A stretch of DNA of 24,000 nt from Thermoleophilia bacterium. Its GTDB lineage: Bacteria; Actinomycetota; Thermoleophilia; Miltoncostaeales; Miltoncostaeaceae. The notes under the pieces are model-generated. The model ran no database searches. It saw only the letters and a program-made list of their open reading frames with translations, and was not told where the DNA came from. Below are positions 6,748 through 13,287 of this stretch, piece by piece (the stretch's first letter is position 1; the number at the start of each line of letters is the position of its first letter). The stretch covers positions 14,698 through 38,697 of the forward strand of contig JAGQUM010000063.1 in the NCBI GenBank assembly GCA_020438485.1, given 5' to 3'. Made by a program: the position numbers and the translations under genes.

Positions 6748-8748
6748 GTGAGCCTGCTGGGGCGCGCACTGCTGCTGATCGCGTTCGCCGCGGCCCTCGT
6801 GGGCGTGGCGGCGGCGATCGTGGGGTATCGCCGCCGCGACCTGTCGTGGCAGCGCAGCGCCGAGCGCGCCGTGTACGCCACGTTCGCGGCCGTTGCGGGC
6901 GCCGCCGTCGTGTTCGAGTACGCGCTGCTCACCGACGATTTCTCGCTGAAGTTCGTCGCCGAGTACAGCTCGCGCGACATGCCCACGCACTTCAAGGTCA
7001 CGTCTCTGTGGGCGAGTCAGGCGGGCTCGCTGATGCTGTGGCTGCTGCTGTTCACCGGCGTGTCCGCCGCCGCCGTGGCCATCAACCGCCACCGCAACCG
7101 CGAGCTGATGCCCGTGGTGGTCGCCGTGCTGATGATCATCGCCGCGTTCTTCGCGAGCATGGTCAACTTCATCACCAGCCCGTTCGAGACCGTCATCGCG
7201 CCTGCCGACGGCACCGGCCTCAACCCGCTGCTGCAGAACGAGTACATGGTGGCCCACCCGCCCATGCTCTACGTCGGCTATGTGAGCCTGGCCATCCCCT
7301 TTGCGTTCGCCGTCGCGGCGCTGGTCACGCGCCGCCTGGACACCGCGTGGATCGTGTCGACGCGTCGCTGGATCGTGTTCGCGTGGCTGTTCCTGGGCTT
7401 CGGCATCCTGCTGGGCGCCCAGTGGGCGTATCACGAGCTGGGCTGGGGCGGCTACTGGTTCTGGGACGCCGTCGAGAACGCCGCGCTGATGCCCTGGCTG
7501 GTGGCCACGGCGTTCCTGCACAGCATCATGGTCCAGGAACGCCGGGGCATGCTGAAGGTGTGGAACATCCTGCTGGTGTGCCTCACGTTCATGCTGGCCC
7601 TGTTCGGCACGTTCCTGACGCGCTCGGGCATCGTGGTCTCCATCCACGCGTTCGGCGAGCGCACCCTGGGCCCGTATTTCCTGGGATTCATCGTGCTCGC
7701 GGTGGTCGCCACGCTCGTGCTGATCTTCATGCGCCTGGACGACCTGCGCAGCACGCATTCGCTGGAGAGCTACGTCAGCCGCGAGGCGGTGTTCCTCTAC
7801 AACAACCTGCTGCTGGTGGGCCTGGCGTTCGCCGTGTTCTGGGGCACGATGTTCCCCGTGTTCACGGAGGTGCTGAGGGGCGACCGCATCGCGGTCGGCG
7901 CGCCGTTCTTCGACCAGGTCGCGCTGCCCATCGGGCTCGCGCTGTTGATCCTCACCGGCGTGGGCCCCCTCATCCCGTGGCGCGCCGCCAGCGTCCCCCG
8001 ACTGGTGCGCGCGTTCGCCCCGCCGGTCGCCGTCGCGCTGGTGGCAGGCGTCCTCATGGCCGTGCTCACGGACGCGTGGACGTCAGTGTGGGGGGGCGCC
8101 ACCCTGACCGCCTGCGTGTTCGTGCTGGCGTGCATCCTCGGGGAGTTCGTGAAGGGCACCCGGGTGCGTCACTCCGTCGGCGACGTGTCGTGGCCCGGCG
8201 CGCTCGTGTCGCTGGTGGGCCGCAACCGCCGGCGCTACGGCGGCTACCTGGTGCACGTCGGCGTCGTGGTCCTGTTCGTGGGTCTGGCCGGCTCGTCGGC
8301 GTACTCGACGGCGCGCGATGTGACGCTACGCCCGGGCGACTCCACGACGGTGGCCGGCTACACCTTCACGGCCTCCGGCTTCACCCGCGAGGCCGACTCG
8401 CACGTGCGCTCGGTCGCCATGACGCTGAGCGTCACCGACCCCGACGGGGCCTCCCTGGGCACCGTTCACCCGGCGAAGAACATCTACGTGGCCAGCATGC
8501 AGCCCTCCACCGAGGTCGCGCTGAAGTCCATGCCCACCCGCGATCTGTACGTCGCGCTCGTCACCCTGGCCGAGGACGGCACGGCGCAGCTGTCGATCTA
8601 CGTCACCCCGCTGGTGTCGTGGATCTGGATGTCGGGGCTCGTGATGATCGCCGGCACGCTGCTGGCCGCGTGGCCCTCGCGCCGGCGCCGCCCGCCGCCC
8701 GCAGCGCCCACCGACGCCCCGTTCGAGACGACGTCGGGCCGCGCGTGA
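6748..8748 (+). CDS. ccmF: Cytochrome c heme lyase subunit CcmF, 666 aa
   Basis: WWD domain WGGYWFWDAVENAALMPWLVATAFLHS. The N-terminus aligns with CcmF (…DDFSLKFVAEYSSRDMPTHFKVTSLWASQAGSLMLW). The protein has many TM segments. GTG start lies 13 nt after the ccmE stop. Confidence 0.95.
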   Translation: MSLLGRALLLIAFAAALVGVAAAIVGYRRRDLSWQRSAERAVYATFAAVAGAAVVFEYALLTDDFSLKFVAEYSSRDMPTHFKVTSLWASQAGSLMLWLLLFTGVSAAAVAINRHRNRELMPVVVAVLMIIAAFFASMVNFITSPFETVIAPADGTGLNPLLQNEYMVAHPPMLYVGYVSLAIPFAFAVAALVTRRLDTAWIVSTRRWIVFAWLFLGFGILLGAQWAYHELGWGGYWFWDAVENAALMPWLVATAFLHSIMVQERRGMLKVWNILLVCLTFMLALFGTFLTRSGIVVSIHAFGERTLGPYFLGFIVLAVVATLVLIFMRLDDLRSTHSLESYVSREAVFLYNNLLLVGLAFAVFWGTMFPVFTEVLRGDRIAVGAPFFDQVALPIGLALLILTGVGPLIPWRAASVPRLVRAFAPPVAVALVAGVLMAVLTDAWTSVWGGATLTACVFVLACILGEFVKGTRVRHSVGDVSWPGALVSLVGRNRRRYGGYLVHVGVVVLFVGLAGSSAYSTARDVTLRPGDSTTVAGYTFTASGFTREADSHVRSVAMTLSVTDPDGASLGTVHPAKNIYVASMQPSTEVALKSMPTRDLYVALVTLAEDGTAQLSIYVTPLVSWIWMSGLVMIAGTLLAAWPSRRRRPPPAAPTDAPFETTSGRA

Positions 8749-9026
8749 TCGCCGGCATCGTCGTGATCGCCGCCGTGGTGCTGGCGGGCCTGTTCATCGC
8801 GTGGCCGGTGCTGGCGGGGGCGGGCGGCACCGTGGTCGACCCGGCCGCGGTCGACCCGGTGGACGAGGCCCTGGACCGCAGCCTCGACGCCATCCGCGAG
8901 ATCGAGTTCGACCACGCCACCGGGCACCTCAGCGACGAGGACTACAGGGCGCTCGACGCGGAGGAGCGCAACCGGGCGCTCGACTTGCTGCGCCGCCGCG
9001 ACGCCGCCTCCCGGGGAGACGCGTGA
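8745..9026 (+). CDS. Small single-pass membrane protein, CcmI N-terminal-module-like, 93 aa
   Basis: GTG 8745 overlaps the ccmF TGA (GTGA at 8745-8748). It has an N-terminal TM helix IAGIVVIAAVVLAGLFIAWPVLAG, then the charged helical segment LDRSLDAIREIEFDHATGHLSDEDYRALDAEERNRALDLLRRRD. This recalls the L-x-E-L-x-x-D-x-x-x-G-x-L...RRLL pattern of the CcmI/CycH N-terminus. There is no Cys and no TPR region. The functional call is tentative. Confidence 0.5.
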   Translation: MIAGIVVIAAVVLAGLFIAWPVLAGAGGTVVDPAAVDPVDEALDRSLDAIREIEFDHATGHLSDEDYRALDAEERNRALDLLRRRDAASRGDA

Positions 9027-9904
9027 GGAGGGGACGGGGGGCCGCGCTCGTCGCGGCGCTCGTGATGGCGGTGCTGGCGCTGACGGGCTGCGCGGCGACG
9101 CTCCACACCGACATCGAGATGGACCGCACGGGCCGCGGCACCGTGACGCTGACCCTCACGATGGACCGCGAGGCGCTGCAATGGTGGGGGCTGTCGGCCG
9201 ACGACCCCGGCGGCGTCGCGACGCGCTTCCTGCCGATCGTGTCGGACGGCGGATGGGAACCCGCGGAGGGCGGCGAATCCGTCCAGCAGAACGTCTTCGC
9301 CTTCTCGTCCGACGGCGACGGCGGCGTCACGCTGGCCACCCGCAAGCGCTTCGACAACGTGAAGGGGCTCGACGACATCATCGGGCGGCCCCGCGGGCTC
9401 AAGGACATCGCGGGCGCGCAGGCGGTCGCGATCTACGGGGGCCTGCCGGACCTGCCGTCGACGGCGCCGCTGATCAACGACTTCAATTTCCGTCTGGGCA
9501 CGGGCACCGGCGACAACCCCGGCTTCTACTTCTTCGGCCGCGGCGGCGTGGGCAACATCGGCCAGCAGACGTGCGCCGGGAACCGCGTGCAGGGCTTCGG
9601 GCGCTCGCTGCGCGACGCCCTGCAGCTGCACTACCGGCTGCGGGTGCCCGGGGGACCGGGATCGACGAACGCGGACGAGACGTCCGGCGGCGCCTCGATC
9701 TGGACCAAGCGGTACGCCGACTGCCCCGACCTGCAGGCCGAGTCCGGCGGCGGCAGCTCGTCGACGCTCTACAACGGCCTCATCCTGGGCGCGCTCGCGA
9801 GCCTGCTCGTCCTCATCTTCATCGTCCGTCGCGTGCGGCGCGGACGTGACCGCAAGACTCAAGTCCCGGTCCGGCCCGCCGATGACAAGGGCTCGCGCGG
9901 CTGA
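9023..9904 (+). CDS. Uncharacterised lipoprotein with additional C-terminal TM anchor, 293 aa
   Basis: GTG 9023 overlaps the upstream TGA (GTGA at 9023-9026). The signal peptide plus lipobox reads RRGRGAALVAALVMAVLALTG-C23. The C-terminus has a TM helix LILGALASLLVLIFIV followed by the basic tail RRVRRGRDRK. I recognise no family motif. Confidence 0.7.
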   Translation: MRRGRGAALVAALVMAVLALTGCAATLHTDIEMDRTGRGTVTLTLTMDREALQWWGLSADDPGGVATRFLPIVSDGGWEPAEGGESVQQNVFAFSSDGDGGVTLATRKRFDNVKGLDDIIGRPRGLKDIAGAQAVAIYGGLPDLPSTAPLINDFNFRLGTGTGDNPGFYFFGRGGVGNIGQQTCAGNRVQGFGRSLRDALQLHYRLRVPGGPGSTNADETSGGASIWTKRYADCPDLQAESGGGSSSTLYNGLILGALASLLVLIFIVRRVRRGRDRKTQVPVRPADDKGSRG

Positions 9905-9929
9905 CGGCTGCCGGGACAGATGCCCCACC

Positions 9930-9951
9930 GGAACGCCTTGCGGGCGTCTCC
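9930..9951 (+). terminator. Weak hairpin downstream of the ccm operon
   Basis: The core stem acgcc/ggcgt (5 bp) has a 5-nt loop and extends to gga/tcc with one bulge. It lies 26 nt after the stop at 9904. There is no U-tract. Confidence 0.25.
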
Positions 9952-10088
9952 GCATCCGCCTAGAGTCAGCGCGATCGAACCCTTGACTCCGAGGGGCGCC
10001 CTGTCACACCACCCGTGACAGCGTGTGACCTACAACCTCCGGTCGACGTCCGGACGGTGGAAAGGAGCCGGATATTCGGCCGAAACTC

Positions 10089-10967
10089 GTGCGGGGCCGG
10101 CGCCCCGCAGCACTGAGCCTTCCCGGGCTCGTCGTCCTCGCGCTCGCGGCGCCGACCCCCGCGTTCGCATTCGACATCCCCAGCGGGGACCCCTCCGCCC
10201 CGGCGAGCCCCGCGCCCGTCGCCCCGGTCGCCCCGAGCACCGTCGCCGCGTCACCCGCGGCCGCCGCCCCCACCACCGTCGCCGTGCGACTGCGCCCGGG
10301 TGCGCGTGGCCGCCTGGTCCGCGACCTGCAGCGCGAGCTGCGCCGCCGCGGCTACCGTGGGGTCAGGGTCGACGGCGCGTACGGCCGCGCGACGAAGGCC
10401 GCCGTCCGCAGCCTCCAGCGCCGCTTCAAGTACCGCGTCACCGGCATCGCCGACCCCCGCTTCCTGCGCCGCATGGGCCTGCAGGCCACGGTTACGGCCG
10501 CCGCCCCCACGCCCACGCCCGCGACGCTCGCGTCCCCGACGGGCGCCCGCTACCTCCAGACGTTCCCGGTCGTCGGGTCGTACACGTACTCCAACGACTA
10601 CGGCGCCCCCCGGCACCAGGGCCGCCACGAGGGCAACGACATCATCGCCAAGGAGGGCACGCCCGTCGTCGCGGTCGCCGGAGGCACCATCACGCGCATG
10701 ACGCGCGTCGAGAAGGGCCTCGGGGGCATCTACATCTGGCTGCAGGACGGGCGCGGCAACGAGTACTACTACGCGCACCTGTCGATGATCTCGCCGGGCC
10801 TGCGGGACGGCAGCCGGGTCGTGGTGGGGCAGGTGATCGGTGCGGTCGGCCAGACCGGCGACGCGCGCGGCACGGTGGACCACCTCCACTTCGAGATCCG
10901 GCCGGCCGGCGGGGGCACCACGAACCCGTACACCGACCTGCGCGCCGTCGACCCGAAGGCGCGCTGA
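10089..10967 (+). CDS. Secreted M23 family metallopeptidase with PG_binding_1 domain, 292 aa
   Basis: Signal peptide ending APTPAFA-FD. The peptidoglycan-binding repeat is VRDLQRELRRRGYRGVRVDGAYGRATKAAVRSLQRRF. M23 catalytic motifs HEGND (HxxxD) and HLHFE (HxH) are present. Confidence 0.9.
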   Translation: MRGRRPAALSLPGLVVLALAAPTPAFAFDIPSGDPSAPASPAPVAPVAPSTVAASPAAAAPTTVAVRLRPGARGRLVRDLQRELRRRGYRGVRVDGAYGRATKAAVRSLQRRFKYRVTGIADPRFLRRMGLQATVTAAAPTPTPATLASPTGARYLQTFPVVGSYTYSNDYGAPRHQGRHEGNDIIAKEGTPVVAVAGGTITRMTRVEKGLGGIYIWLQDGRGNEYYYAHLSMISPGLRDGSRVVVGQVIGAVGQTGDARGTVDHLHFEIRPAGGGTTNPYTDLRAVDPKAR

Positions 10968-11017
10968 CGGGTTGATTCTCGTCCCCGGCGGCCGACGCTG
11001 TGGGGAGAGGAACTCGC

Positions 11018-11049
11018 GCGGGGGCCCGGCGTAGGAGTCGGGCCCCCGC
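11018..11049 (+). terminator. Perfect 11-bp GC-rich hairpin between the two M23 genes
   Basis: gcgggggcccg (11018-11028) pairs perfectly with cgggcccccgc (11039-11049) around a 10-nt loop. It lies 50 nt after the stop at 10967. It is of the U-tail-less type common in high-GC genomes. Confidence 0.5.
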
Positions 11050-11068
11050 CCCCGAACATGACCTTCAC

Positions 11069-12310
11069 GTGACGTCACCGCCCCCCCTCATCCACCGCCC
11101 GACCCGTCGCGGTCGCCGCGCCGTGCGCGTGGGGCTCGTGTCGCTCGGCGTCCTCGGTGCCGCCGCGGCGCTGGGCGTCGGGCAGAGCGCGGTGAAGAAG
11201 AAGCAGCGCGTCGACGAGAAACTGCAGCGCGCCGAGGCGCGGCTGGGCAAGGTGCAGCGGCGCGAGCGGGTGCTCACCAGCCAGGTCGCCGTCTACAACG
11301 GGCGTGTCCGGCAGGTCACCGTGAAACTGGTCCCGCTGCAGGACCGCCTGTCGCGCCTGGAGGCCGAGCAGGAGCGCCTGCAGACTCGCCTCGGCGAGCT
11401 CAACACCCGTCTCAAGATCGAGAAGGAGCGGCTGCAGAAGGCCGAGGACGAGCTGGCCCAGCGCCGCGCCGCCCTGGCCGAGCGCCTGCGCTTCATCTAC
11501 GACCAGGGCGAGGTGGATCCCATCCTCGTGATGCTCGAGTCCGGCAGTATCGTGGACGCGGTCGAGACCGACAACGAGTTGCAGCGCATCACGGACCGCG
11601 ACGGCAACCTGGTCGACATCACCCGGCGGCGGGCCGACGACGTGCGGCGCAGCCGCGACCGCATCCGCGCGGACCGCGACGAGGTGGAGCGCGCCGAGCA
11701 GCGCACCGAGCAGGCCGCCACCGAGGTGAAGGTCGTCACCACCGAGCTGGAGGCCAGCAAGGCCCGCCTCGAGACCGTGCGCCGCCAGCGGCAGGACCTG
11801 CTCGACTCGGTGCAGGGTGACCGCCGGGAGATCGAGGAGGAGACCAAGGATCTGCGGGCCCGGTCGGCGGCCCTCCAGGCCAAGATCGTGCAGGCGCAGG
11901 TCGGCACGACCGGGCAGCCGTCCACGGTGGTGCGCACCCCGTCGTCCGCCGGGATGATCTGGCCCGCCAGCGGCACGCTGACCTCCGGGTTCGGCTGGCG
12001 GTGGGGTCGCATGCACGAGGGCATCGACATCGCCGTGCCGTCCGGCACGCCCGTCGCGGCCGCGGCGTCCGGCACCGTGATCTACGCCGGCTGGCAGGGC
12101 GGCTACGGCAACATCGTCATCATCGACCACGGCGGCGGCATCGCCACGGCCTACGGCCACAACACCCGCGTCGCCGTGTCGTCCGGCCAGAGCGTCACCC
12201 AGGGCCAGGTGATCGCGTACTCCGGCAGCACCGGGCACTCCACCGGCCCGCACATCCACTTCGAGGTGCGCGTCAACGGGTCGGCCGTCGACCCGATGGG
12301 CTACCTGTAG
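11069..12310 (+). CDS. Coiled-coil M23 family metallopeptidase (EnvC-like architecture but catalytic residues intact), 413 aa
   Basis: GTG 11069 lies within ORF 11000..12310. The product has an N-terminal TM/signal anchor VRVGLVSLGVLGAAAALGV and about 250 aa of heptad-like charged sequence (LQRAEARLGKVQRRERVL...LEAEQERLQTRLGELNTRLKIEKERLQKAEDEL...). The C-terminal M23 domain carries HEGID (HxxxD) and HIHFE (HxH). The start could instead be a downstream GTG near 11123. Confidence 0.9.
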   Translation: MTSPPPLIHRPTRRGRRAVRVGLVSLGVLGAAAALGVGQSAVKKKQRVDEKLQRAEARLGKVQRRERVLTSQVAVYNGRVRQVTVKLVPLQDRLSRLEAEQERLQTRLGELNTRLKIEKERLQKAEDELAQRRAALAERLRFIYDQGEVDPILVMLESGSIVDAVETDNELQRITDRDGNLVDITRRRADDVRRSRDRIRADRDEVERAEQRTEQAATEVKVVTTELEASKARLETVRRQRQDLLDSVQGDRREIEEETKDLRARSAALQAKIVQAQVGTTGQPSTVVRTPSSAGMIWPASGTLTSGFGWRWGRMHEGIDIAVPSGTPVAAAASGTVIYAGWQGGYGNIVIIDHGGGIATAYGHNTRVAVSSGQSVTQGQVIAYSGSTGHSTGPHIHFEVRVNGSAVDPMGYL

Positions 12311-13284
12311 GAGATCCCCGTCCGGGTGCCGGCCCTGGCGTCGGCCTCGCGCAGCAGGCTGCCGCGAGCGGGTGGTGACAGGGCCAGCAGCTCGGACACC
12401 GTCACCATCTTCCAGCCGCGCTTGGCCAGGTACGGAACGAGCCGGTTCACGACCTTCTGGGTCTGTCCGCGGTTCTCGTGCATCAGCACGATCGAGCCGG
12501 GACGGATCTCGCGCTTGAGGCGCGGCAGCATCGCGTCCCAGCTCGCGCCGGCCGAGTCCTCGCTGTCGATGTCCCACAGCACCATCACGGTGCCCTGCGC
12601 GTTGAGCCGCCGCTGCAGGTCGGGCGTGTGGGCCCCGTACGGCGGGCGCATCAGGGTGGGCGCGCGGCCCGTGGCGCGCCGCAGGTACGCCGCGGTGTCG
12701 GCCTGCTGTGTCCACGCGGCGTCGGGTGACAGGCCGGGCAGGTACAGGTGCGCCCACGTGTGGCTGGCCAGCTCGACGGTGCCGCCGCTGCGGGCCTCGG
12801 CGCGCAGGACGTCGGGGAACCGCTGCATGCTGGTGCCGTTGACGAAGAACGTGGCCCGCGCGCCGTAGCGGCGCAGCGTCGCGATCGTGGTCTCGGTGTA
12901 CGGCCCGGGGCCGTCGTCGAACGTCAGCGCGACGTACCTGCCGGTGCCGCCGGCGCGGTAGAGGGGGACGCCGACGGACGCGACACGCGCGACGGCGTCG
13001 CGGCGCGCCCCGGGCGGGGCGGACGCGTCCGGGGTGGTCGTCGTGGCCGCGGTGGTGCTCGTCCCCGGGTCCGCGGCCCGCCCGGTCGCGGTGACGGTCG
13101 CGTCCGCGTGACGGCGCGCCTCGGGCGGGTCGTCCCCACGCGCGTACAGGGCCGCCACCCCCGCGGTGCCCGCCACCGCGGCGAGCGCGGCGATGCCCGC
13201 GGCTCGGCGTCGCGCTCGCCGGCGTCGCTTCGCCGCCCGTCGCGCCACGCGCCGCTCCGCGTCCGCCCTGATGGGATCGTCCAT
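12301..13284 (-). CDS. Membrane-anchored polysaccharide (peptidoglycan) deacetylase, NodB homology domain, 327 aa
   Basis: NodB motifs TFDDGP, HTWAH and RPPYG are present. The N-terminus has a basic segment plus TM anchor AGIAALAAVAGTAGVAAL. Its 3' end overlaps the convergent M23 gene by 10 nt (12301-12310). Confidence 0.9.
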   Translation of the reverse strand: MDDPIRADAERRVARRAAKRRRRARRRAAGIAALAAVAGTAGVAALYARGDDPPEARRHADATVTATGRAADPGTSTTAATTTTPDASAPPGARRDAVARVASVGVPLYRAGGTGRYVALTFDDGPGPYTETTIATLRRYGARATFFVNGTSMQRFPDVLRAEARSGGTVELASHTWAHLYLPGLSPDAAWTQQADTAAYLRRATGRAPTLMRPPYGAHTPDLQRRLNAQGTVMVLWDIDSEDSAGASWDAMLPRLKREIRPGSIVLMHENRGQTQKVVNRLVPYLAKRGWKMVTVSELLALSPPARGSLLREADARAGTRTGISYR

Positions 13285-13287
13285 GCG

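Noticed and set aside
9023-9904. Calling the 293-aa lipoprotein CcmH or CcmG.
   Set aside because: There is no LRCxxC or thioredoxin WCxxC motif. Its two non-lipobox cysteines are about 50 residues apart. Only the operon context links it to ccm, so I left it as uncharacterised.
9962-9988. tRNA-like GGTTCGATC sequence on the minus strand.
   Set aside because: Only a T-loop-like hexamer is present. The flanks form a 6-bp stem with a 15-nt loop and there are no acceptor, D or anticodon arms. It is not a tRNA.
9905-10088. c-di-AMP (ydaO-type) riboswitch upstream of the M23 cell-wall hydrolase gene.
   Set aside because: The context is suggestive. However, I could not find the conserved elements I remember for that class (GGGGA-CCA, GGGGUGAAUC, CCCGAA...CAGCUAACCUCGUA). 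Only a loose CCGAAACUCGUG is present, and it includes the start codon. An Infernal scan would settle it.
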